Assembly (NCBI GenBank): GCA_017983435.1
Contig: JAGOBM010000005.1
Location: 28,469 to 92,468 of the forward strand
Source: Candidatus Moraniibacteriota bacterium
Lineage (GTDB): Bacteria; Patescibacteriota; Minisyncoccia; Moranbacterales; UBA1568
DNA: 64,000 nt
Direction of reading: 5' to 3'
Shown here in pieces: positions 55,349 to 64,000 of the stretch. The stretch's first letter is position 1. Each line of letters begins with the position of its first letter. Under the pieces are notes generated by a model. The model did not search any database. It saw only the letters and a list, made by a program, of their open reading frames with translations, and was not told the origin of the DNA. Made by a program: the position numbers and the translations under genes.

Positions 55349-56320
55349 GTGAACATATTGCATATGCGATTTGCGAATTTTTGGCTTCATAAAGGGATTT
55401 TTCTGGGTGCCAGTCTGATGGTGCTCGTGATCGCTCCGTTTGCCGTTTTTGGCGGCAGTCAGACAATTTATGTCGATAAGTCGAATTCCGGTTCCGAGGA
55501 CGGGTCGAAATCCCATCCGTATGACACGATTGAAGAGGCTCTCAAGCGGGCTGACAACGGCGATGAAGTCGTGGTGGCCAAGGGGACCTATAAGGAGAAT
55601 GTCAACGTGCCGAAGGAAGTCTGGCTGCGCGGACAGAAGAGCAACAACGATGATGTGATCATCGAAGCGAAGAATGATGAGAAGCCGGCCGTGGAGATGA
55701 AGCACGGCAGCAAGCTCTCCTATCTCACCGTCAAGGGCGGACGCCATGGCGTGCGTATCCTCGAAGACAGCAAGGCACATATCTACAATGTCCATATCAA
55801 GGACAGCGAGCGCGATGGTATCCATGTCGATGCCGCCGAAGTTTCGAAGAAGAAGCGAGTGTTGATCGACAAAGTCGAGATCGAGAAGAGCGATCGGGCT
55901 GGTATCTACGCTGAGAAGCGTCTGATCACGGTGATCGATTCGGATATCCATGACAATCGTGGTGATGGTATCGACCTCGCGGCCGGTACGCATGCTTGGT
56001 TTGAGAAGAGCCAGTTCAACAGCAATCGCGGCAGCGGCGCCAAGCTGGTGCTCGACGGTGCGAGCATCTGGTCCAAGAGCAATGAATTCAAGAACAATAA
56101 GCGCGAAGGTCTCGAGATCAGCTCGTTTGGCGCGCAGGGGACCATCGGTTTCAAGAAGGCCAAGATTTCCGGCAATGACCACTACGGAGTCGCCCGTCTC
56201 GGCAAGACTGCCCAGGGGATGAAGATGTTCGGCAATGTCGATTTTGGCACCGGCGTCAATGGCAGCTCGTTCAGTGTCAATACTTTGGGTGATATCTCAC
56301 CAGTACTCTCGGTACGGTAA
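55349..56320 (+). CDS. Membrane-anchored right-handed parallel beta-helix (pectin-lyase-fold / DUF1565-like) surface protein
   Basis: N-terminal TM; TIYVDKSNSGSEDGSKSHPYDTIEEALKRADNGDEVVVAKGTYKENV typical of DUF1565 / beta-helix proteins; repeated GxxG..I.N beta-helix turns. Start GTG 55349 or ATG 55364. Confidence 0.65.
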   Translation: MNILHMRFANFWLHKGIFLGASLMVLVIAPFAVFGGSQTIYVDKSNSGSEDGSKSHPYDTIEEALKRADNGDEVVVAKGTYKENVNVPKEVWLRGQKSNNDDVIIEAKNDEKPAVEMKHGSKLSYLTVKGGRHGVRILEDSKAHIYNVHIKDSERDGIHVDAAEVSKKKRVLIDKVEIEKSDRAGIYAEKRLITVIDSDIHDNRGDGIDLAAGTHAWFEKSQFNSNRGSGAKLVLDGASIWSKSNEFKNNKREGLEISSFGAQGTIGFKKAKISGNDHYGVARLGKTAQGMKMFGNVDFGTGVNGSSFSVNTLGDISPVLSVR

Positions 56321-56364
56321 TTCTGTACTCCCGGTTACTCATTCGTTGAGGAGGGGAACTCTCT

Positions 56365-57537
56365 ATGAAAATCGCTTTCATCGGACAAAAAGGCATTCCG
56401 GCGCACTCAGGTGGCGTAGAGAAGCACGTCGAGCGGATCGCGGTCTCGATGGCGGAGATGGGTCATGACGTGACCGTCTATGCCCGGCCGCACTACGTGA
56501 AGAGCACGGAGAAGACGTTTCGCGGAGTCTCGCTCGTCTTCATGCCGAGCATCCGCACGAAACATCTCGATGCCATCACGCATACCTTCGTGTCGACGCT
56601 GCGCGCGCTCTTCCAGGATTATGAAGTCATTCATTTTCATTCGATCGGGCCGAGCATCTTCTCGATATTGCCTCGCATCTTCCGTCCGGATATGCGCGTC
56701 GTTGCGACCTTCCATAGCCGCGATTATTTCCATCAGAAATGGAATGCCTTTGCTCGGCTGTGTCTCCATCTGGCGGAGCGCATCACCTGTACGATTCCGG
56801 AGCGCACCATCGTCATCTCGAAGACACTCGCGGAATATGCTGAAGCAACCTATCACAAGACGTTCGTCATGATCCCGAACGGTGCTGATGTGCAGGTTTC
56901 GGAGAAAACCGATACGCTCAAGGCGCTCGGACTCAAAGAGGGACAGTATGTCCTCTCGGTCTCCCGTCTGGTCCGTCACAAGGGTATCCACTATCTCATC
57001 AAGGCATTCCAGGCGCTCAAGGAGACGTCTGAACTGCCGGGCAACGGATGGAAGCTCGTCATCGTCGGGGCGCATGCTGAGACGAAGGACTATGCTGAAT
57101 ATCTCGAATTCCTGTCAGCTGATGACGCGGATATTCTCCTCGTCGGTGAGCGTTCGGGAGAAGATCTGGCGCAGCTCTATACGCATGCCGGAGTATTCGT
57201 CCAGCCATCGGAAGACGAAGGTCTCTCGCTTGCGCTACTCGAAGCGCTCGGCTACGGCTTGCCGTGTGTCGTCAGCGATATTTCAGCCAATCTCGAAGCG
57301 ATCAACGATTGCGGCGTGAGTTTTGCCTCAAAAAACATAATCGATCTCAAGCAGAAGCTCTCTTCATTAATCAATCGCCCGGATACGATGCGGGCTCTCG
57401 GACAGGCGGCTCGCGAGCGGGCGCAGTCGGAGTATGACTGGCACGCGATCGCCAAGCGGACGCTGTCCACCTATGAGGATCTGATTGCCGAAAAGTCCGG
57501 ATACTTCCGCGCCAAGCTCGGATGGAGAGGAAAATAA
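56365..57537 (+). CDS. Glycosyltransferase family 1 (GT4)
   Basis: MKIAFIGQKGIPAHSGGVEKHVERIA N-terminus; C-terminal SEDEGLSLALLEALGYGLPCVVS motif. Confidence 0.85.
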   Translation: MKIAFIGQKGIPAHSGGVEKHVERIAVSMAEMGHDVTVYARPHYVKSTEKTFRGVSLVFMPSIRTKHLDAITHTFVSTLRALFQDYEVIHFHSIGPSIFSILPRIFRPDMRVVATFHSRDYFHQKWNAFARLCLHLAERITCTIPERTIVISKTLAEYAEATYHKTFVMIPNGADVQVSEKTDTLKALGLKEGQYVLSVSRLVRHKGIHYLIKAFQALKETSELPGNGWKLVIVGAHAETKDYAEYLEFLSADDADILLVGERSGEDLAQLYTHAGVFVQPSEDEGLSLALLEALGYGLPCVVSDISANLEAINDCGVSFASKNIIDLKQKLSSLINRPDTMRALGQAARERAQSEYDWHAIAKRTLSTYEDLIAEKSGYFRAKLGWRGK

Positions 57538-57544
57538 TCACCCT

Positions 57545-58618
57545 ATGACACGCACACTCCCGACAACTCTTTTTGCCGTATTGGCTCTGTTCTTCATCGG
57601 AACAGCGGCTTTCCTCTCGCTGGATTCTTTCCGCGAGTATCGGGCGGAAATTTCGATCATCGTGCTTCCGCAGGGTCATATCCTCGCGGCTGATCAGGTC
57701 GTCGAGAATATCGCGGTTCTGCCGACGACGCTCGATTTTTTCGACGCGCTGCTCGCAAGCGATGAGCGCATCGCTCTGTTTTCCGATATCGATGAGCAGC
57801 CGATGATGGTCCGCAAAGCGGCTTGGTCGGAGATGCTCAGCGTGGAGCGCCATGGGGAGAGCGGGATTATCTCGTATTCCATCGCTGCTGAGAGTCAGGA
57901 AGAAGCCGCACTCTTGGCCCGTCAGATGTCGAAGGTGCTCTTCGAGAAGATCGGAGCCTATTATGATATCCGTTCGGATGTCTCGATCCGTCTCGTCGAA
58001 GGGCCTCTGGTCCGCACGTCCGTCGGGACGCCGTTCGTATGGATCGGCATGAGTCTCGGTCTCGGTATCGTCGCGGCGCTCATCATGACATTTATCCTGT
58101 CGAATATCGCTCGGTTGTCCGCGTCGACCCGTGTGACGGCGACACCGGAAACCGGCATGTCACACCGGACTGCCGAACCGATCAAGCCAGCCTTCCATCC
58201 CTCCGCTTTCATTCCGAAGAAGCCGCTGGCTCTCTTCAGTGAGTCCGGAGAGGCCAAGGCGCATGAAGAGAAGTGGGACAAAATCCTGGCCGCTCAGGAA
58301 GCCGAAGCGAAGCGCGTGGAGCTCGCGTCCATCATCGCCCGTACGGCCAAGCCGGTCGTATCAGCGGTGGCAGCGAGTACGGCTCCGGCCAATCTGCCGG
58401 TCATGGATGAGAATGAATTTTTTGCACAATTTCAGGCGACCGCTGCCGCTCAGGAAGCCCAAGCCGCTGAGACCGTCGAAACGAAGACCGCTCTTCCTCT
58501 GGTCGAGGTGGCACCAGTCGTGTTTCCTTCGGAAGCCGAAGTGCCAGCCGAAGCGGCCGAACCGACGGTCGAGGAATATCGCCGCCGGCTCAATGAGCTG
58601 CTCAAGCAGGGGCAATAA
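57545..58618 (+). CDS. Wzz-like polysaccharide co-polymerase family protein (third paralog) with A/E/P-rich C-terminal tail
   Basis: N-terminal TM, periplasmic domain, second TM (VWIGMSLGLGIVAALIMTFILSNI), then a disordered tail of about 150 aa; start trimmed to Met 57545. Confidence 0.5.
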   Translation: MTRTLPTTLFAVLALFFIGTAAFLSLDSFREYRAEISIIVLPQGHILAADQVVENIAVLPTTLDFFDALLASDERIALFSDIDEQPMMVRKAAWSEMLSVERHGESGIISYSIAAESQEEAALLARQMSKVLFEKIGAYYDIRSDVSIRLVEGPLVRTSVGTPFVWIGMSLGLGIVAALIMTFILSNIARLSASTRVTATPETGMSHRTAEPIKPAFHPSAFIPKKPLALFSESGEAKAHEEKWDKILAAQEAEAKRVELASIIARTAKPVVSAVAASTAPANLPVMDENEFFAQFQATAAAQEAQAAETVETKTALPLVEVAPVVFPSEAEVPAEAAEPTVEEYRRRLNELLKQGQ

Positions 58619-58693
58619 CCCACTTCTGATTTTTCTTCGCGCTGCTTCCTCGATGAATGCATTGCGGCAGACGATACTCATAATATTCTCGCT

Positions 58694-60067
58694 ATGAAAC
58701 GCGTTTCAAATCTCACCTACTGGACCCGCTTCGCGATCATCGCGAGCATCTTCCTCTTCGGATGGTTCGTCTTCTGGGAGGTCAAGAATCAGGGCTGGCT
58801 GCGACTGGCTGATTTCTCGTCGCTCTTGCCGGTACCGGAAGAGGAGCAGACGGATATCGAAGCTCTCTCGCTCATCGCTGACCGGCTCATGGATACGGAT
58901 GGAGAGACCAAGACGTTCATGCTCCTGTTTCAGAACAATCTTGAGTTGCGCCCAGGTGGTGGGTTCATCGGATCATTCGGTGTCCTCAAGGTGCGCGATG
59001 GAGAAGTGCTCGAATTCGCGACGCATGACACCGGCAATTTCGATGGTCGTATCCCGGATACCGTGACGCCTCCGTATCCGATGGCCGAACTGTTGCATAT
59101 CAAATCCTGGAAGCTGCGCGACTCGAACTATTCCCCGGATTTTCCGACCAATGCCCAAGAGGCAGTGCGCTTCTATGAGCTCGGCGGAGGCCAGGAGCAA
59201 TTCGACGGCGTCATCGGCGTTACCGCCCAGGTGCTCTCATCGCTTCTCTCCGTCACCGGACCGGTGACCGTCGAGGGCTTCCCCGGGACCTACGGAGCGG
59301 ACAATGCGATCCTCGATCTCGAATACCAGGTAGAGAAAGGCTACACGCAGCAGGCTATCGCCGTCGGCGAGCGCAAGTCGGTGCTCAAACTCCTGGGCGA
59401 TGTCGTGCTCACGAAGGTCAAAACCTTGCCGCTCTCGGAGAAGTACGAGCTGTTTACCGTGCTCCTCACGGATCTCCATCGGAAGGATATCCAGGTGTAT
59501 TTCAGTGATGCAGACCTGCAGGATATCGTCGTCGGTGCCGGCTGGGACGGTGCGGTCGATACGGCCTGGAAGAATGACTCCTTCATGCTGGTCGATGCCA
59601 ACCTGGGCGCGCTCAAGAGCGACTATCACATGGAGCGCCGCATCGAATACCTGATCGACCTCTCGGGTGCCGCTCCGAAAGCGACACTCAAGATGACCTA
59701 TAAGCATCATGGGACCGCTCGCGATTGGTATACGAAAGAGTATGTGAGCTATCTCCGGGCCTATATCCCGGAGGGCAGCTATGTCACTCGCGTGGAGCAT
59801 GGCGACAAGCCGGTCTACGGATCGGAACTCGGCCGGAAATATGTCGGCGTAATCGTCGGCGTGCCGCTCGCTTCCGAGAAGACCGTGACATTCGAATACA
59901 CGCTGCCGGCTTCCATCGCATCCGACTGGTATGACCTCAAAGTCATGAAGCAGCCGGGTACGAAAGATACGCCGGTCAGCATCACCGTGATCGGCCAGGA
60001 CGGTATGATCAAAACCCAGAATGAGACTCTCGACCGCGATTTCACGCTGAGCGAACGAAACGATTAA
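58694..60067 (+). CDS. DUF4012-domain protein (membrane-anchored)
   Basis: N-terminal TM; FMLLFQNNLELRPGGGFIGSFG is the signature block of DUF4012. Confidence 0.75.
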   Translation: MKRVSNLTYWTRFAIIASIFLFGWFVFWEVKNQGWLRLADFSSLLPVPEEEQTDIEALSLIADRLMDTDGETKTFMLLFQNNLELRPGGGFIGSFGVLKVRDGEVLEFATHDTGNFDGRIPDTVTPPYPMAELLHIKSWKLRDSNYSPDFPTNAQEAVRFYELGGGQEQFDGVIGVTAQVLSSLLSVTGPVTVEGFPGTYGADNAILDLEYQVEKGYTQQAIAVGERKSVLKLLGDVVLTKVKTLPLSEKYELFTVLLTDLHRKDIQVYFSDADLQDIVVGAGWDGAVDTAWKNDSFMLVDANLGALKSDYHMERRIEYLIDLSGAAPKATLKMTYKHHGTARDWYTKEYVSYLRAYIPEGSYVTRVEHGDKPVYGSELGRKYVGVIVGVPLASEKTVTFEYTLPASIASDWYDLKVMKQPGTKDTPVSITVIGQDGMIKTQNETLDRDFTLSERND

Positions 60068-60080
60068 AACATTCAACTCT

Positions 60081-60176
60081 CTTGGAAAGGACGCTTTCCA
60101 AGCAGAGGAAAAGGAACAGGTGCATGTGCCGTCTTCCTGTTCCTTTCCCTCTGCTCTTGCAGAAAGAGTTTTTTTG
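60081..60176 (+). terminator. Compound terminator: three consecutive hairpins (9-bp, 19-bp, 5-bp stems) followed by a T7 run
   Basis: cttggaaagg-acg-ctttccaag; gcagaggaaaaggaacagg / cctgttcctttccctctgc; ctctt-gcaga-aagag + ttttttt. Confidence 0.7.
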
Positions 60177-60204
60177 TATTTCATCCTACCGAAGGAGGTG
60201 TGTC

Positions 60205-60819
60205 ATGCTGTATGTATATGGACTGGGATTCAGTCTCTTGCTCATGGTTCTCGTGGTTTTCTTCTTGGGACCCAGGTCTTTTCTGGGTATATTCATGCGG
60301 ACGTATACATTACCAATCTGTCTGCAAAGGGAAGTGGTGGCTGCATACCACAAAGAACAGAAATTCTTGTTTTTGTTCCTGCGCACACTTGCGCTGCTTT
60401 TGCCGGTGTACGTCCTATACAGGCTTTCTGCTCTGACATCTGGAGGGGTTACTGGATTAGATCTGTCAGAAAAGCTACAACCTGATCTTGCGTCTGCGAG
60501 CATGATTATGGTACCCAGCATATTCCTCCTTTTGCTCATTCTTAAGGTTAAAATAGAAGCTTTTTGGATGAGGCTGGATTGGGCACTTCTGTGTCAGAAA
60601 TACGCGACTGTTTCTGGGAGGATCATGCAGATCAAGGTTGATTCTCATGACTCTGGGCTTTTGTATCTCACCCTTCATTCGCGCGATAACGAAGAAGCAC
60701 ACGAGTTGAAAATCACAAAGGCAACCTGGGATGTTTCTGCGAATCTGCTCTCGTCATGCGTCATGATCTTTTACGATGCAAAGTCAAAGATGATCCATTT
60801 TGTAGGCCCTGATTACTGA
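60205..60819 (+). CDS. Hypothetical membrane protein (204 aa) in a low-GC island
   Basis: GAAGGAGG RBS; hydrophobic N-terminal half; GC about 45% versus about 58% in flanking genes. Confidence 0.5.
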   Translation: MLYVYGLGFSLLLMVLVVFFLGPRSFLGIFMRTYTLPICLQREVVAAYHKEQKFLFLFLRTLALLLPVYVLYRLSALTSGGVTGLDLSEKLQPDLASASMIMVPSIFLLLLILKVKIEAFWMRLDWALLCQKYATVSGRIMQIKVDSHDSGLLYLTLHSRDNEEAHELKITKATWDVSANLLSSCVMIFYDAKSKMIHFVGPDY

Positions 60820-60845
60820 TGAGTGAGTCGTAGTATGAGATACAT

Positions 60846-60886
60846 ACCGCCCTTGGAAAGAAATTTCTCGGGGCGGTTTTACTTTT
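60846..60886 (+). terminator. Intrinsic terminator (accgcccttggaaagaaatttctcggggcggttttacttttt)
   Basis: 7-bp GC stem with T-runs. Confidence 0.65.
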
Positions 60887-60970
60887 TCTCAGGCCGTTTT
60901 TCTGATAAACTGGCTGTATATGAGGAAAGGTGGTCTCACCTCTTTTTCTGGTTTCTCTGAAATATTGTTT

Positions 60971-61684
60971 ATGCGTTTTGATATCGTATCTATTTTTCCG
61001 GAGAGTTTCTCATCGTATTTCGGCGTGTCCATCCTGAAACGGGCGGAAGAAGCTGGATTGATCCAGGTGGCGACGCATGACCTTCGGGTCTATACGGAAG
61101 ACAAGCACAGCCGGGTCGATGACACGCCGTATGGCGGCGGCGCCGGCATGGTGATGCAGGTCGAGCCATTCGATCGCTGTCTCGAGTCTCTCCGGGCTGA
61201 TAGAGCGACGGCTGATCTGCGCACCCGAGTGCTGCTTTTTTCCGCGAAGGGACAATCCTTCAAACAGGCGGATGCCCGTCGGTTGGCAGCCGGGTACGAT
61301 CGGATTATCATGCTCTGCGGCCGCTACGAAGGTATCGATGAGCGGGTAGTCGAGCACCTAGTCGATGAAGAATTCTCTATCGGGGATTTCGTCCTGACTG
61401 GGGGAGAATTGCCGGCGATGATCGTCGCGGATGCCGTAGCGCGCTTGCTGCCGGGAGTGCTCGGCAATGATGAGAGCGCACAGACGGAGTCGCATAGCGA
61501 GGAGGGAGTCGTCGAATATCCGCAGTATACGAAACCGGAGTCCTATCGCGATTGGGTCGTGCCGCCGGTGCTCTTGTCCGGCCATCACGCTGAGATTGAG
61601 CGGTGGCGAGGTGAACAATCGGCCAAGAACAGCGCCGCCCGACTGAATCATACCGACGAACCACACGAATCACATGATGAGTAA
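60971..61684 (+). CDS. trmD: tRNA (guanine37-N1)-methyltransferase
   Basis: [12 protein letters not shown]-terminus, SPOUT fold motifs ([32 protein letters not shown]). Confidence 0.9.
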   Translation: MRFDIVSIFPESFSSYFGVSILKRAEEAGLIQVATHDLRVYTEDKHSRVDDTPYGGGAGMVMQVEPFDRCLESLRADRATADLRTRVLLFSAKGQSFKQADARRLAAGYDRIIMLCGRYEGIDERVVEHLVDEEFSIGDFVLTGGELPAMIVADAVARLLPGVLGNDESAQTESHSEEGVVEYPQYTKPESYRDWVVPPVLLSGHHAEIERWRGEQSAKNSAARLNHTDEPHESHDE

Positions 61685-62786
61685 ATCACCCGCTTCATTC
61701 GATCGGCCGCTCCTGCTCGCTATTTTCGCGTTGCTCGGCATCGGTCTCCTGATGATCGCGAGCGCTGGCGTCGCCTATGGCCAGGTCCGCTTCGGAGACG
61801 AGTACTTCTTTCTCAAGGAGCAGAGTTTCGGCTTCGCCTTCGGGCTGATCTGCCTCTTCATCGCGTCCCGTATCGACTATCACGTCATCAAGCGCTTCGT
61901 CGTGCCGATTTTTTTTATCGCTATCGTTTTCCTCGTGCTCGTCTTCATCCCAGGATTCGGGACGACGGTCTATGGGGCATCCCGCTGGATCGAGCTCGGC
62001 CCGCTCTCATTTCAGCCTTCGGAAGTGATGAAGCTCGCGATCATCCTCTATCTCGCTGCCTGGCTTTCCGGGAAGCGTCAGGAGAATAACGCGGATTTTT
62101 TCGAGGGGTATGTCCCGTTTATCGCTATTCTGTCGCTCGTCGGATTCCTCATCATCAAGCAGCCGGATACCGGGACGCTCGGTCTCATCTTCTGCATCTC
62201 GCTCGCGATTTTTTTCGTGTCGGGAGCCAATCTCTCGCATATCCTCCTGACTATTCTCGGCGGTATCGGCGCACTGGCTATTCTGATCCGGATGGCTCCG
62301 TATCGTATGGAGCGTTTCTTGGTGTTTTTGAATCCCGGGCATGACCCGCTCGGTTCGGGCTACCAGCTCAATCAGGCAATGCTGGCTCTCGGGTCTGGGG
62401 GGTGGCTCGGCGTCGGTCTCGGACAGAGCCGGCAGAAATTCAATTATCTGCCGGAGCCGGTGACGGATTCGATATTCGCGGTCATCGGAGAAGAGGTCGG
62501 ATTTCTCGGCGCAGCCGTGGTAGTCTTGCTCTTCCTTTTCATCGCGTGGCGCGGACTCCGGATCGCCAAGGCGGCTCCGGATATGTTTGGACAGCTGATT
62601 GCATCTGGTGTCGTGGCTTGGATCTTTATTCAGGCGATGATCAATATCATGGCGATCTCGGGGTTGATTCCGCTGACGGGCATCCCGCTGCCGTTTATCA
62701 GCTACGGAGGCACATCGCTCGCGGTGCTCATGACCGGTATCGGCATCTTGTTGAACGTGTCCAAACAGGCTAGACTACAGGCATAA
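61674..62786 (+). CDS. ftsW: SEDS-family peptidoglycan glycosyltransferase (FtsW/RodA)
   Basis: 10-TM SEDS protein; located immediately upstream of murG-murC (dcw-like order), hence FtsW more likely than RodA. Confidence 0.8.
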   Translation: MMSKSPASFDRPLLLAIFALLGIGLLMIASAGVAYGQVRFGDEYFFLKEQSFGFAFGLICLFIASRIDYHVIKRFVVPIFFIAIVFLVLVFIPGFGTTVYGASRWIELGPLSFQPSEVMKLAIILYLAAWLSGKRQENNADFFEGYVPFIAILSLVGFLIIKQPDTGTLGLIFCISLAIFFVSGANLSHILLTILGGIGALAILIRMAPYRMERFLVFLNPGHDPLGSGYQLNQAMLALGSGGWLGVGLGQSRQKFNYLPEPVTDSIFAVIGEEVGFLGAAVVVLLFLFIAWRGLRIAKAAPDMFGQLIASGVVAWIFIQAMINIMAISGLIPLTGIPLPFISYGGTSLAVLMTGIGILLNVSKQARLQA

Positions 62787-62811
62787 AATGACTTCTTAAG
62801 CAGACAACTTT

Positions 62812-63936
62812 ATGTCGAACCTTCCTCGCGTCGTGTTGACCGGCGGTGTGTCCGGCGGACATACGTTTCCGCTGATCGCCGTAGCCCGTACGTTGCAGAC
62901 GCGGTATCCGCAGGGTATAGAGTTCCTGTTTATCGGTTCTGAAGGTACCTTCGAAAGCAACGCGATGTCGGCCGCCGGCATACCGGTGAAGTATGTGCTG
63001 TACGGCAAGATGCGCCGGTATTTTTCTCTGCTCAATTATCTCGATGCCTTCAAGCTGCCGATCGGTTTCGTCCAGGCACTCTGGCATCTGCTGTGGTTCA
63101 TGCCGGATGTCGTGTTTTCCAAGGGAGGGGCGGCTTCCGTGCCGGTCGTCCTCGCGGCTCGCCTCTACCGTATCCCGGTCCTGATCCATGATTCCGATTC
63201 GGTCGCCGGCCGGGCCAATGTATTTCTCCGCAATTTCGTCCAGAAGATCGCAATCGCCTATCCGAGCGCGGCGCAGTTTTTCCCCGCTGACAAGACGATA
63301 CTGACGGGCAATCCGGTCCGGACCGAAGCCTATTCTGGATCCGTCGAATCCGCCCGGGCGATCTTCTCGCTCCAGCCGGAAAAGAAGACGGTACTGATCG
63401 TCGGTGGCAGCCAGGGTGCGCGCGGACTCAATATCGCGGTGCTGCGTATCTTGCCGGCTCTGCTGACGAAAGGTATCCAGGTGATCCATCAGGTCGGCAA
63501 TCAGAATATCGGCGATGTCTCGGCACTCGCGGCGGAGCTCGGTGTCCCGCTGCAGGGAGGGGATTATCATCCGGTGCCGTTTCTCGATCCTCAGGCTATC
63601 GGAGACGCTTATGCGGCCGCTGATCTCGTCATCTCGAGAGCCGGAGCTGGTTCTATCGCGGAGATCGCGGCCAACAAAAAAGCGCTAATCCTCGTGCCTC
63701 TGCCATCGGCAGCCAACGATGAGCAGCGCAAGAATGCCTACGATATCGCCGCGCTCGGCGGAGCGCTCGTGCTCGAAGAATCCAATCTCGGGGAGCATCT
63801 CTTCCTTGAGAAGATCGTCGAGCTGCTCAACAACGACGGATTGCGCAGCGAGATGGGAGAGAAACTCTCGGTATTTTTCCGGCCGGACGCCGCAGAAAGA
63901 ATCGCTGACGGCGTCATCGACCTGATACGACCATGA
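62812..63936 (+). CDS. murG: UDP-N-acetylglucosamine--N-acetylmuramyl-(pentapeptide) pyrophosphoryl-undecaprenol N-acetylglucosamine transferase
   Basis: GT28 motifs RVVLTGGVSGGHTFPLIAVA, LVISRAGAGSIAE. Confidence 0.9.
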   Translation: MSNLPRVVLTGGVSGGHTFPLIAVARTLQTRYPQGIEFLFIGSEGTFESNAMSAAGIPVKYVLYGKMRRYFSLLNYLDAFKLPIGFVQALWHLLWFMPDVVFSKGGAASVPVVLAARLYRIPVLIHDSDSVAGRANVFLRNFVQKIAIAYPSAAQFFPADKTILTGNPVRTEAYSGSVESARAIFSLQPEKKTVLIVGGSQGARGLNIAVLRILPALLTKGIQVIHQVGNQNIGDVSALAAELGVPLQGGDYHPVPFLDPQAIGDAYAAADLVISRAGAGSIAEIAANKKALILVPLPSAANDEQRKNAYDIAALGGALVLEESNLGEHLFLEKIVELLNNDGLRSEMGEKLSVFFRPDAAERIADGVIDLIRP

Positions 63937-64000
63937 CACTCCTGCATATGACATCACCTCTGTTGAGCCAGGCGAAGCGGATACACATGATCGGCATCAA
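63933..64000 (+). CDS. murC: UDP-N-acetylmuramate--L-alanine ligase, N-terminal fragment (3' truncated by window edge)
   Basis: MTLLHMTSPLLSQAKRIHMIGI... resembles the MurC N-terminus (RIHMIGIGG pattern); start overlaps the murG stop (ATGA). Confidence 0.55.
   Translation, partial: MTLLHMTSPLLSQAKRIHMIGI

Noticed and set aside
59237-60184. 315-aa minus-strand ORF
   Set aside because: Antisense to the DUF4012 gene
1-64000. CRISPR arrays, rRNA genes, transposases, integrases, toxin-antitoxin pairs, restriction-modification genes
   Set aside because: Scanned both strands and intergenic regions: no regularly spaced direct repeats with unique spacers, no rRNA-like conserved blocks, and no ORF with recombinase/transposase/nuclease signatures

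Overview
64 kb high-GC (about 55-60%) bacterial chromosome segment with mostly co-directional, tightly packed genes. Housekeeping content: secD (3' end), secF, tyrS, pheS, pheT, RNase P RNA (rnpB), aspS, mreB-mreC-mreD-mrdA (PBP2), greA, lysS, tRNA-Val(CAC), serS, tRNA-Lys(UUU, minus strand), frr, rseP, trmD, ftsW/rodA-family, murG, murC (5' end). Interleaved with these is a large, dispersed cell-surface glycan biosynthesis repertoire: a WbaP-like initiating sugar transferase, at least seven GT4 glycosyltransferases, an NAD-dependent sugar epimerase, a Wzy/O-antigen-ligase-family protein, three Wzz-like co-polymerase paralogs, a DUF4012 protein, a polytopic GT-C-like membrane protein, a membrane metallophosphoesterase and an unusual membrane-anchored two-domain Clp-like AAA+ ATPase. 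Also present: a histidine kinase plus a tandem-receiver (REC-REC) response regulator, speH (AdoMet decarboxylase), a GNAT protein, an ADP-forming acetyl-CoA synthetase (minus strand) and several secreted or lipoprotein hypotheticals (pilin-like, BNR-repeat, beta-helix, LysM). The compact-genome, fermentative gene set (short AspRS, ADP-forming ACS, abundant envelope glycosylation) may fit a reduced-genome Gram-positive-like or candidate-phyla lineage, but that is inference only. Most unusual signals are non-coding: (1) two copies of a hairpin element with a conserved loop of about 32 nt and conserved 16-bp stem base, each carrying a different perfectly paired stem extension, both sitting just upstream of promoters of secreted-protein genes; (2) tRNA-Val flanked by 21-bp direct repeats and followed by a 5'-truncated degenerate tRNA copy carrying two insertions, and tRNA-Lys with a 12-nt duplication of its 5' end, with a ccgccNNNggcgg palindrome exactly at the homology break point in both loci; (3) a 187-bp MITE-like element with perfect 26-bp terminal inverted repeats inside a 510-bp hairpin-dense intergenic region; (4) two lower-GC islands. 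No CRISPR array, rRNA, transposase or integrase was seen.
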